From a virus (lineage: Duplodnaviria; Heunggongvirae; Uroviricota; Caudoviricetes): 27,791 nucleotides of DNA. The notes under the pieces are model-generated. The model saw only the letters and a list, made by a program, of their open reading frames with translations, made no database searches and was not told the DNA's origin. The stretch lies in the IMG/VR virus record IMGVR_UViG_3300043425_000245, one strand, 5' to 3'. Positions 1 through 7,882 of the stretch are shown here, one piece after another. Position numbers and translations under genes: made by a program. Position 1 is the stretch's first letter. Each line of letters starts with the position of its first letter.

Positions 1-2
1 CT

Positions 3-47
3 GGTGAAGTAACATCTGATGTTGCTACTCTAACATTCGGCGACTAA
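3..47 (+). CDS. 3' end of an upstream gene (...GEVTSDVATLTFGD*), possibly a beta-rich structural protein
   Basis: Open frame from the window edge to TAA 45-47, with phage-typical codons; only 14 residues are visible. Confidence 0.4.
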   Translation, partial: GEVTSDVATLTFGD

Positions 48-48
48 G

Positions 49-55
49 CTAAATA
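49..55 (+). promoter_or_regulatory. Putative T4-type late promoter (CTAAATA)
   Basis: Intergenic TAAATA core resembling T4 TATAAATA; the same heptamer recurs at 9084 and 14366. Confidence 0.45.
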
Positions 56-65
56 ATCATGAGTT

Positions 66-90
66 GGGGGAGTTTCGACTCCCCCGTTTT
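66..90 (+). terminator. GC-rich hairpin with UUCG loop; terminator or 5' stabilising hairpin
   Basis: GGGGGAGT-TTCG-ACTCCCCC (8 bp) followed by GTTTT. Confidence 0.55.
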
Positions 91-102
91 ATGTGAGAAA
101 GT

Positions 103-501
103 ATGGTTGAAAAATTGAACGAGAATAACTTTTTACTCTTTGCTATGAATCACTACGATAACCCGCAGTGTCATAGTTTAGAAGAGTTTGATGAAGATCT
201 TAAGAAGTTTCTATATCTTAAAAAGTTATTAACTCGTTACAAAAAAGACGGTGATTTAAAAGATCGGTTGATCCTTAATCATATCATCGTGCTATATAAT
301 GTTTTCGGACAAAATGCCACCCGTATGTTATTCTATAAGGTGGACAAAGATTCGTGGGATGTTCTTGTAACGTTCTTACTTTATCTTGGACATATGCCCG
401 AAACGTTACCAGAATACAATATCATACTTTCTGACATAAAACTAGACGAAAAAGTTATTGCCGTCCTAAGGAAATTTACCAATGAATCAGCTTCTCGATA
501 G
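103..501 (+). CDS. Conserved T4-like phage hypothetical protein
   Basis: 132-aa ORF; LNENNFLLFAMNHYDNPQC and RLILNHIIVLYNVFG motifs recalled from environmental T4-like phages. Confidence 0.85.
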   Translation: MVEKLNENNFLLFAMNHYDNPQCHSLEEFDEDLKKFLYLKKLLTRYKKDGDLKDRLILNHIIVLYNVFGQNATRMLFYKVDKDSWDVLVTFLLYLGHMPETLPEYNIILSDIKLDEKVIAVLRKFTNESASR

Positions 502-1024
502 ACAATATGCTCTTAAGATTCTTAAAATGCTTTCAACAGATTTTAAGAACATGGACGCATACAAGCAAGGTATCATTGATAAAGACGGTAACGTACTGAA
601 GAAGTCATACCAACTAAAAACCCAAGCAGAAAAGAAAGCATACACTTATCTTGACCGTTTGGTTGTTATCTTAAAGAAGGTTATGAAGCAGCACGAAAAG
701 CGTGGTGACTTCAACCTTACTAAAGCTCTTTCCCCTGCACTTTGGTTAGTTCGCGAGCAGTTAGATTCTGGTTCAAAGGCTACAATGAATATTGAGGGCA
801 AGTATGAGAAACTTCTAAACCTTAATGTTACATTAGCTGAAGAAGAAATTATAGTTGCCAAGTTTCTAGAGGAAGAGGGCGAAGGTGCTGTTGGTGGACC
901 ACCTACTAATAACACTGGTGGACCAGTTTCTGTAAACGAACCAAAGATCGAGAAGAAAGATCTTAAGAAGTACAAAGGTACTGTGGTTCGTCGCCCACTA
1001 CAAATTACTGCAGGTGCTCGATAA
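482..1024 (+). CDS. Conserved T4-like phage hypothetical protein
   Basis: 180-aa ORF overlapping both neighbours; DAYKQGIIDKDGN motif; acidic/Gly-rich tail. Confidence 0.8.
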   Translation: MNQLLDRQYALKILKMLSTDFKNMDAYKQGIIDKDGNVLKKSYQLKTQAEKKAYTYLDRLVVILKKVMKQHEKRGDFNLTKALSPALWLVREQLDSGSKATMNIEGKYEKLLNLNVTLAEEEIIVAKFLEEEGEGAVGGPPTNNTGGPVSVNEPKIEKKDLKKYKGTVVRRPLQITAGAR

Positions 1025-1617
1025 TGTGGATTCTTGACTTTTTACCTTCATGGATTTTCAGCTTGGTTTCTCTGGCTGGTGTTGTTGCATTCTTAGCAAC
1101 AGAGTTCTTAGGTAAGATACCTTTTGTGTCAACATACCTTAAAGCTATTCGTGTAGGATCTATCGTAGCTTTGGTCTTTGGTTTGTACATGATGGGTGGA
1201 GCATCCAACCAAGAACGTTGGGAAGCTAGAGTCGCCGAAGTAAAGTTAGAAATGGCTAAGAAAGAAGCAGCCTCTGCTGAAGCCAGCACCAAGGTTGTTA
1301 CAAAGTACATTACAAAAGTTGAAGTTGTTAAAGAAAAAGGTGATCTAATTGCAAAACAAATTCCAAATCTTATTCCAGCGACTGCTGATGGTCAGTGCGT
1401 TATCCCTAATGGTTTCGTCTTGCTCCACGACAGTGCCAGTCGCAATGAAGTTCCCGACACCTCCAGAGGCGCTAATGAAGGAGCCTCCGAAGTTAAACTC
1501 TCTGGAGTTGCCACAACCATCACAGAAAACTACACAACCTACCACAAAGTAGCAGAACAACTGAGATCGCTACAAGAGTGGGTTAACGAACAAAAGAGAA
1601 TCTACAATGGCAATTGA
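1024..1617 (+). CDS. Inner-membrane spanin (Rz-like, i-spanin)
   Basis: N-terminal hydrophobic segments, then coiled coil and a CVIPNGFVLLHDSA motif; hosts an embedded lipoprotein ORF. Confidence 0.75.
   Translation: MWILDFLPSWIFSLVSLAGVVAFLATEFLGKIPFVSTYLKAIRVGSIVALVFGLYMMGGASNQERWEARVAEVKLEMAKKEAASAEASTKVVTKYITKVEVVKEKGDLIAKQIPNLIPATADGQCVIPNGFVLLHDSASRNEVPDTSRGANEGASEVKLSGVATTITENYTTYHKVAEQLRSLQEWVNEQKRIYNGN
1349..1552 (+). CDS. Outer-membrane spanin lipoprotein (Rz1-like), embedded in the +1 frame of the i-spanin
   Basis: SD AAGGTGAT (1337-1344) before TTG 1349; signal peptide ending in lipobox VSSC; Pro-rich mature part (STTVPVAMKFPTPPEALMKEPPK). Confidence 0.7.
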   Translation: MQNKFQILFQRLLMVSALSLMVSSCSTTVPVAMKFPTPPEALMKEPPKLNSLELPQPSQKTTQPTTK

Positions 1618-2080
1618 AACAGAAGTTGAAGTTTTGAAGAGCGTGGTTTCAAAACTTGATACATCAATCGAAAAGATTGCACAGGTTAGCGGTGATATCG
1701 GTAAGATTCTCGCAGTACACGAACAACGTTTAGACAATATTGAAAAAGTGTCAGAGTATAGAAACGAAGAAATAAAAGAGATACATTCTCGCATCACTAC
1801 ACAGACGAGGGAAGTTGTGGAAAAGATTGATCAGTTACAATCTAGACTAGAACATAAGATGAATGCATCTGCTGCTATGGCGAAAGAGCAGCATGACTCT
1901 ATTCAAAAGGCTGTTCAAGAAGATATTCAAAAAGTTGCTGCAACTATGGATTATGATATCAAAGAAATCACAAAGCGTGTAGACGTTCTTGAAAACTGGC
2001 GTTGGATGATTGTCGGTGGTGCAATTGTATTAGGGTTTATTATTGGAAACTCAGGTCTATTCACTAAGATCTTCGGTTAA
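1607..2080 (+). CDS. Coiled-coil protein with a C-terminal transmembrane helix
   Basis: 157 aa, heptad-rich, ends WRWMIVGGAIVLGFIIG. Confidence 0.8.
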   Translation: MAIETEVEVLKSVVSKLDTSIEKIAQVSGDIGKILAVHEQRLDNIEKVSEYRNEEIKEIHSRITTQTREVVEKIDQLQSRLEHKMNASAAMAKEQHDSIQKAVQEDIQKVAATMDYDIKEITKRVDVLENWRWMIVGGAIVLGFIIGNSGLFTKIFG

Positions 2081-2087
2081 ATAAAAC

Positions 2088-2116
2088 TTGCTTTTTATCA
2101 TGATATAGGGTATAAT
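2088..2116 (+). promoter_or_regulatory. Sigma70-type promoter for primase
   Basis: TTGCTT-17 nt-TATAAT. Confidence 0.75.
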
Positions 2117-2144
2117 TAACCCTATATGTTAGTTGAGAGTTATC

Positions 2145-3173
2145 ATGTTATACATTGACGTCAAATATGCCTCCATTCTTGGAGCGCAGCTAAGAAACTT
2201 CAGACAGGTTAAACCGTACACTTGGAACTTCTCGTGTCCAGTGTGTGGTGACAGCTCAACCAAGAAAACAAAGGCACGTGGTTACATCCTAAACTTCAAG
2301 GGTGGTCTGACTTATAAGTGTCACAACTGTGGTTTGTCTTGCAACTTTGGTAACTTACTGAAGCGTGTTAATGCAAGCCTGTATGATGAGTATGTGTTGG
2401 AACGTTACAAAGAAAACGCATCCAAGTATACTGATCACAAGGACGTTGGTAAATTCATCCCCGAAACTAAAGCACCTGCTGTGCTTGAATGGGAAGATGA
2501 TGTTCTTTCGTCTGTTCATAGACTCGATCGTTTAGATCGCAGTCACCCAGCGGTAAAGTACGCACTGAACCGTAAAATCCCAGAAGATAAGTTGAACCTT
2601 CTTTACTTCGCTCCGAAGTTCAAGAAGTTTGTAAACTCATTTCAACCTAAATTTGAAGAGCCTATTCAGGGTGACCATCCTCGTATGATCATCCCGTATT
2701 TTAACAAACATGGTAAATGTTTTGCCATCGGTGCGCGAGCATACGGCGACGAGACGCCTAAGTATTACACCATCAAAGTTGGTGAAGAAGTGGAGAAAAT
2801 ATATGGACTTGACAGAGTTGACTACTCAAAACGAATTTACGTGGTGGAAGGACCAATCGACAGTTTGTTTCTTCCGAATGCAATCGCTGTTTCAGGAGCA
2901 AGTTTTGATACCCCTATCATTCGTCAGCTTCTCACTAATGCAACGCTTGTAATGGATAACGAACCAAGAAATAAAGACATTGTCCGCCAGCTTGGTAAAT
3001 ATATTGACCTTGGTTATAACGTTGTTATGTATCCAGATACAGTGGAAGAAAAAGACATTAATGACATGATCAAGGCTGGAAGAACCCCAAGTGAGGTTTT
3101 GAACCTCATAAATACAAATACCTTCGCAGGTATGGAAGCTAAATTGAAATTCGCAGATTGGAAAAAAGTATGA
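2145..3173 (+). CDS. 61: T4 gp61-like DNA primase
   Basis: Zn ribbon CPVCGDS...CHNC; TOPRIM motifs VVEGPIDSLF, DNEPRN and KDIND; ATG 2145 preferred over TTG 2133. Confidence 0.95.
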   Translation: MLYIDVKYASILGAQLRNFRQVKPYTWNFSCPVCGDSSTKKTKARGYILNFKGGLTYKCHNCGLSCNFGNLLKRVNASLYDEYVLERYKENASKYTDHKDVGKFIPETKAPAVLEWEDDVLSSVHRLDRLDRSHPAVKYALNRKIPEDKLNLLYFAPKFKKFVNSFQPKFEEPIQGDHPRMIIPYFNKHGKCFAIGARAYGDETPKYYTIKVGEEVEKIYGLDRVDYSKRIYVVEGPIDSLFLPNAIAVSGASFDTPIIRQLLTNATLVMDNEPRNKDIVRQLGKYIDLGYNVVMYPDTVEEKDINDMIKAGRTPSEVLNLINTNTFAGMEAKLKFADWKKV

Positions 3174-3838
3174 AAGTTAAATTAATTAGTTACTCTAAAC
3201 CCGCACGTGGTATGTATGATGAAGGGTTGACCGATGCACAGGAGCTTATTGCATTCTGCGCTAGAGTTAGCAACCCATCTAACCAATTTAATATGGACAC
3301 AGCTGATAAGTTAATCAAGTATCTTATCAAACACCAACACTGGTCTCCACTTGAAATGGTCTCAGCATGCCTAGAGATCGAAACTACTCGTGATATCGCT
3401 CGACAGATTCTTCGTCACCGTTCATTCTCATTCCAAGAGTTCAGCCAACGTTATGCTGATCCAACTAAGGACTTAGACTTTGTCCTAAGAGAAGCTAGAC
3501 TACAAGACCAGAAGAACCGTCAAAACTCCATCCACACTAATGACGTTGCCCTAAAAGCGTGGTGGGATGCTAAGCAAAAGTTTCTAATTGATTATGTCAA
3601 GGCGACTTATGCTGAAGCTATTGAAAAGGGTATTGCTAAAGAACAAGCACGTGCTATCTTACCAGAAGGTAATACAGTAAGTCGCTTATACATGAATGGT
3701 ACAATCCGCAGTTGGATTCACTACATTCAACTCCGTAAAGAAAACGGTACACAAGAAGAACATAGAGACGTCGCTCTAGAGTGTGCAAAAGCTATTGCTG
3801 AAGCCTTCCCTATGGTAGACGACATTATCAATAATTAA
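3170..3838 (+). CDS. thyX: Flavin-dependent thymidylate synthase ThyX
   Basis: QILRHRSFSFQEFSQRY signature; ATGA overlap with the primase stop. Confidence 0.95.
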   Translation: MKVKLISYSKPARGMYDEGLTDAQELIAFCARVSNPSNQFNMDTADKLIKYLIKHQHWSPLEMVSACLEIETTRDIARQILRHRSFSFQEFSQRYADPTKDLDFVLREARLQDQKNRQNSIHTNDVALKAWWDAKQKFLIDYVKATYAEAIEKGIAKEQARAILPEGNTVSRLYMNGTIRSWIHYIQLRKENGTQEEHRDVALECAKAIAEAFPMVDDIINN

Positions 3839-3854
3839 AATAAAAAGGAAATCT

Positions 3855-5654
3855 ATGCAAGAAGTTGTGCATGGCATTAAGGTAGACTATTCTCGAGATA
3901 ATCTATTTGATGAACTTGGGAAGATTCGTCTAAAAGAAAGTTATATGAGAGAGGAAGAAGTCTCCCCTCAAGAAAGGTTCGCGTATGTATCAAGTATGTT
4001 CGGTAGCACACCAGAACACGCTCAAAGGTTGTATGAATATTCCAGCAAGCATTGGCTTTCATATTCTACACCTATCCTTTCTTTCGGTCGCAGCAAGCGT
4101 GGTCTTCCTATCAGCTGCTTCCTCAACTATATCGAAGACACAGCGGAGGGTCTAGTTGATAATCTTAGCGAAACTAATTGGCTTTCTATGCTTGGCGGTG
4201 GTGTTGGCATCGGTTTTGGTATCCGTTCGGCGGACGATAAATCGACTGGAGTTATGCCTCACCTCAAAATGTACGATGCGTCTAGTTTGGCTTATCGTCA
4301 GGGACGTACTCGTCGTGGCTCTTATGCTGCTTACCTCGATATTAGTCATCCAGATATCATTAACTTCTTAGAGATGCGCAAACCAACAGGTGACCAGAAT
4401 ATGCGTTGCCTGAATATGCACCACGGTATTAATATCCCTGATGCGTTCATGGAAATCATCGAGCGTTGTATGCTTGATCATAATGCTGATGACTCATGGA
4501 ATCTAATTGACCCAGCGTCAAGTGAAGTCCGTGAAACTGTATCAGCTAAAGAACTATGGCAGCGTATCTTAGAAATGCGTATGCAAACTGGTGAGCCATA
4601 CCTTCACTTCATTGATGAGTCTAACCGTAGACTACCACAGTGGTTGTATGAAAAAGGTCTACGTGTTCATCAATCAAACTTGTGTTCAGAAATTATTTTA
4701 CCAACCAACGAAGAACGTACAGCTGTTTGTTGTTTGTCTTCATTGAACCTTGAATACTATGATGAGTGGAAAAACGATCCTACTTTCCTTCGTGATGTTG
4801 CAGAAATGCTTGACAATGTGCTTCAGCATTTTATTGATCATGCACCTACCTCAATCGAACGTGCAAAGTTCTCCGCCATGCGTGAACGAAGCATCGGTAT
4901 CGGTGCGTTGGGTTTCCATGCCTTCTTGCAAAAGAACAGCATCCCATGGGAATCCAGCCTAGCCGTTGGTAAGAATAAACAAATCTTTGCTTATGTAAGA
5001 GGTAAATTAGATGTTGCAAATAAAGAATTGGGATCTGAGCGTGGCGAAGCTCCTGATGCAGTTGGTACTGGGAATCGCTTTAGTCATCTTATGGCTATTG
5101 CTCCCAATGCTTCTTCTTCCATTCTCATGGGGAATACTTCTCCTTCTATTGAACCTTATCGTGCCAACGCTTATCGCCAAGACACTCTATCGGGTTCTCA
5201 CCTGAACAAGAACCGTTATCTTGATGTGATTATCCGCGAAGAAGCTGCTAAACACAAAGAGGGTTGGTATGAAGAAACATGGAGTTCTATTATTGCGAAT
5301 GATGGTTCGGTTCAGCACTTGGATTGGATGGACGACTGGAACAAAGATGTTTTCAAGACGTCTATGGAAATTGACCAGCGCTGGGTCATTCAACACGCCG
5401 CAGACAGGCAAGTATATATAGACCAAGCGCAGTCTCTAAATGTCTTCTTTAGACCAGACTCGCATATTAAATATATCCACGCTGTACACTTTATGGCATG
5501 GAAAGAAAAACTGAAGACTATGTATTATTGTCGTTCTGATAAGATCGCCAAGGCAGATAAAGTTGCTAAGAAGATTGAACGTGAAGTGATTAAAGAAATC
5601 GACTTAACTGCTATGACTGGTGATGAATCAGTCTGCCTAGCCTGCGAAGGATGA
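3855..5654 (+). CDS. nrdA: Ribonucleotide reductase class Ia alpha subunit, short form without ATP cone
   Basis: SNLCSEI active-site loop, IAPNASSS motif, TMYY tyrosine pair, C-terminal CLACEG. Confidence 0.96.
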   Translation: MQEVVHGIKVDYSRDNLFDELGKIRLKESYMREEEVSPQERFAYVSSMFGSTPEHAQRLYEYSSKHWLSYSTPILSFGRSKRGLPISCFLNYIEDTAEGLVDNLSETNWLSMLGGGVGIGFGIRSADDKSTGVMPHLKMYDASSLAYRQGRTRRGSYAAYLDISHPDIINFLEMRKPTGDQNMRCLNMHHGINIPDAFMEIIERCMLDHNADDSWNLIDPASSEVRETVSAKELWQRILEMRMQTGEPYLHFIDESNRRLPQWLYEKGLRVHQSNLCSEIILPTNEERTAVCCLSSLNLEYYDEWKNDPTFLRDVAEMLDNVLQHFIDHAPTSIERAKFSAMRERSIGIGALGFHAFLQKNSIPWESSLAVGKNKQIFAYVRGKLDVANKELGSERGEAPDAVGTGNRFSHLMAIAPNASSSILMGNTSPSIEPYRANAYRQDTLSGSHLNKNRYLDVIIREEAAKHKEGWYEETWSSIIANDGSVQHLDWMDDWNKDVFKTSMEIDQRWVIQHAADRQVYIDQAQSLNVFFRPDSHIKYIHAVHFMAWKEKLKTMYYCRSDKIAKADKVAKKIEREVIKEIDLTAMTGDESVCLACEG

Positions 5655-5658
5655 CCCC

Positions 5659-5847
5659 ATGGACGCTTACGACATCTCTGATAAAATCAAAAAATACTGG
5701 TGTGCTCTCTACCCAAAGAATAGCGGTGAGATTCACAAAACTCTTAAAAAGGTTAAAGTGGTTGTATTAACACCAGAAGGTTATCGTGAAGTCGTTGGTG
5801 TCCATATCACGGACGAAATGATAGAATTAGAATTGGATAAAGAATAA
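5659..5847 (+). CDS. Small hypothetical protein between nrdA and nrdB
   Basis: 62-aa ORF filling the gap; TAATG overlap with nrdB. Confidence 0.7.
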   Translation: MDAYDISDKIKKYWCALYPKNSGEIHKTLKKVKVVVLTPEGYREVVGVHITDEMIELELDKE

Positions 5848-6827
5848 TGGTTAAAAAGAATTACAAACTTACCGATAGCAGAACGAACTTTAAACCGTTC
5901 AACTATCCGTGGGCATATGAGGCTTGGTTGAAACACGAACAAGCTCACTGGCTCCACACTGAAGTGCCTATGGCTGAAGACGTTAAACAGTGGAAGAAGT
6001 CTTTGACTGCTGAGGAAAAGACTTTTCTAACTAACATCTTCCGTTTCTTTACACAGGGTGACATTGACGTTGCTGGTGGTTATGTAAACAACTACTTGCC
6101 TCATTTCCCTCAACCTGAGATCCGCATGATGTTGATGGGCTTTGCTGCACGTGAAGCATTACACATTGCTGCATATTCTCACTTGATTGAAACACTAGGT
6201 TTACCAGAGACTACTTACAATCAGTTCTTGGAATACCAAGAGATGAAAGACAAGCACGACTATGTGTTAGATATCTCTAGCAAGAACGGTACAGCTGCCA
6301 GCGTTGCTGAACACATTGCCGTGTTCTCTGCCTTTACTGAAGGTATGCAGTTGTTCTCATCATTCATTATGCTATTGAACTTCCCTCGTCACGGTATGAT
6401 GAAGGGTATGGGTCAAATCGTCACTTGGTCTATCGTTGATGAAACGATGCATGCTGAGAACATGATGCGCTTGTTCAAGGAATACGTCAAAGAGAATCCA
6501 GAGATCTGGAACGACGAACTCAAAGGCAAAATCTATTCAATCGCTGAAAAGATGGTTGAACTAGAAGACAAGTTTATCGACTTGTGCTACCAAAGCGGTG
6601 ATATGAGAGACCTGTCTGCTGAAGACGTTAAGAAGTATATCCGTTACATTGCTGATCGTCGTCTTATCTCTTTGGGTATGAAGGGTATCTTTAAAGTTAA
6701 GAAGAACCCACTACCATGGGTTGAAGAAATGATTAACGCACCTGTGCACGGTAACTTCTTCGAGAACCGTGTTACTGACTACGCTAAAGGTGCACTGACT
6801 GGATCATGGAGTGATGTATGGGCTTAA
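5847..6827 (+). CDS. nrdB: Ribonucleotide reductase class I beta subunit
   Basis: FFTQGD, REALHIAAYS (ExxH plus radical Tyr), EGMQLFSSF, DETMH, NFFE. Confidence 0.96.
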   Translation: MVKKNYKLTDSRTNFKPFNYPWAYEAWLKHEQAHWLHTEVPMAEDVKQWKKSLTAEEKTFLTNIFRFFTQGDIDVAGGYVNNYLPHFPQPEIRMMLMGFAAREALHIAAYSHLIETLGLPETTYNQFLEYQEMKDKHDYVLDISSKNGTAASVAEHIAVFSAFTEGMQLFSSFIMLLNFPRHGMMKGMGQIVTWSIVDETMHAENMMRLFKEYVKENPEIWNDELKGKIYSIAEKMVELEDKFIDLCYQSGDMRDLSAEDVKKYIRYIADRRLISLGMKGIFKVKKNPLPWVEEMINAPVHGNFFENRVTDYAKGALTGSWSDVWA

Positions 6828-7273
6828 TGGAGCAACTAAACGAACGAATCGCTGGTAAGATTCCGACGGTAGTTTCAAAAGCTATCCAACCAACTTTCCT
6901 TTGGGAAACTGCAATTGGTTATCTGGCTCACTGTGCTGATAACCAAGTTGGAGAACCAATTGGTATCATGTACTATAAACTTCCAGTTGCTGATCAAATC
7001 GACAGCATTGCTCCCGTTAAAGAATATCTTAGTGAAAACCTTGCTGCGGAAATCAAAGGTGTTGATATGTATGTTACCCTTACAACAAAGGGTGACTATA
7101 AATACACCAGCGAGAATGATGTTCTTATTTGGAACACTATTGGTCATAGCGAACTGAGTGTGAATGATCAAGAAAGAATGTTAGAGCCAGGCGATTTAGT
7201 TTATATTCCAGCTGGTGTTGATTATGTGTGTAAACCAAAAACAGCTAGAGCGTACATTGTGTTTGCTCTGTAG
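6818..7273 (+). CDS. Cupin-like hypothetical protein
   Basis: C-terminal LEPGDLVYIPAG double-stranded beta-helix motif; start could be ATG 6827. Confidence 0.65.
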   Translation: MGLMEQLNERIAGKIPTVVSKAIQPTFLWETAIGYLAHCADNQVGEPIGIMYYKLPVADQIDSIAPVKEYLSENLAAEIKGVDMYVTLTTKGDYKYTSENDVLIWNTIGHSELSVNDQERMLEPGDLVYIPAGVDYVCKPKTARAYIVFAL

Positions 7274-7281
7274 GGGGAAAT

Positions 7282-7428
7282 ATGGCAACTAAGCATTTTG
7301 AATGCCAAGAATGCGGGGCATACGGTAAAATTATCATCAAGTCTGAAGAAAGACTAGAAGATATCGTTTACTGCCCTGTTTGTTCAGCGGACATTTACGA
7401 AGAAGACGATGAAGACCACGAAGAATAA
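7282..7428 (+). CDS. Small zinc-ribbon protein (48 aa), not in the ORF track
   Basis: MATKHFECQECG...YCPVCSAD with acidic tail; GGGGG SD-like run upstream. Confidence 0.75.
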   Translation: MATKHFECQECGAYGKIIIKSEERLEDIVYCPVCSADIYEEDDEDHEE

Positions 7429-7431
7429 ATA
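7424..7431 (+). promoter_or_regulatory. Putative late promoter (AATAAATA)
   Basis: One mismatch to TATAAATA, about 25 nt upstream of the GIY-YIG gene. Confidence 0.4.
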
Positions 7432-7456
7432 GTTTCTTTACGAACTATTTTATTCA

Positions 7457-7882
7457 ATGTGGCTTTATAATAACGAACAAATTACTGAATTACCAGACGA
7501 CTGCGTGGGGTTTGTATACTTAATCACAAACCTCACCAGCGATCGCAAATATATTGGTAAGAAACTTGCTAAGTTTAGCAAGACTTCTTATAAGACCGTC
7601 ACTTTAAAGAACGGCACTAAGAAGAAAAAGAAGGTCAAGTCAAAAATAGACTCTGATTGGCTAGACTACTATGGCTCTAGCATAGAACTAAATAAAGATG
7701 TAGAGCTCCTTGGGAAGGATAACTTCCGCAGGGAGATTTTGTTTTTCTGTAAATCAAAAGCTGAATGTTCTTACGTTGAGGCTCGCGAACAATTTACAAG
7801 GAGAGTGTTGGAAACCACGGATTATTACAACGGGCAGATTAGCGTTCGTGTTCATGGTTCTCATATCTTAAATAAACTATGA
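7457..7882 (+). CDS. GIY-YIG family endonuclease, catalytic domain only
   Basis: GFVYLITN...KYIGKK, YYGSS, conserved E (YVEAREQ) and YYN. Confidence 0.85.
   Translation: MWLYNNEQITELPDDCVGFVYLITNLTSDRKYIGKKLAKFSKTSYKTVTLKNGTKKKKKVKSKIDSDWLDYYGSSIELNKDVELLGKDNFRREILFFCKSKAECSYVEAREQFTRRVLETTDYYNGQISVRVHGSHILNKL

Noticed and set aside
2088-2093. TTGCTT as a T4 MotA box
   Set aside because: It is 17 nt from TATAAT, which is -35 spacing, too far for a MotA box.
2126-2158. Short uORF MLVESYHVIH overlapping the primase start
   Set aside because: Only 10 codons, no supporting structure; likely chance.
2710-2952. +1 ORF inside primase
   Set aside because: No SD and only a mild wobble shift (about 12 of 50 T3); weaker than the other candidates.
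3855-6827. Introns or inteins in nrdA/nrdB, common in T4-like phages
   Set aside because: Both ORFs are continuous and of compact length, with no insertion motifs.
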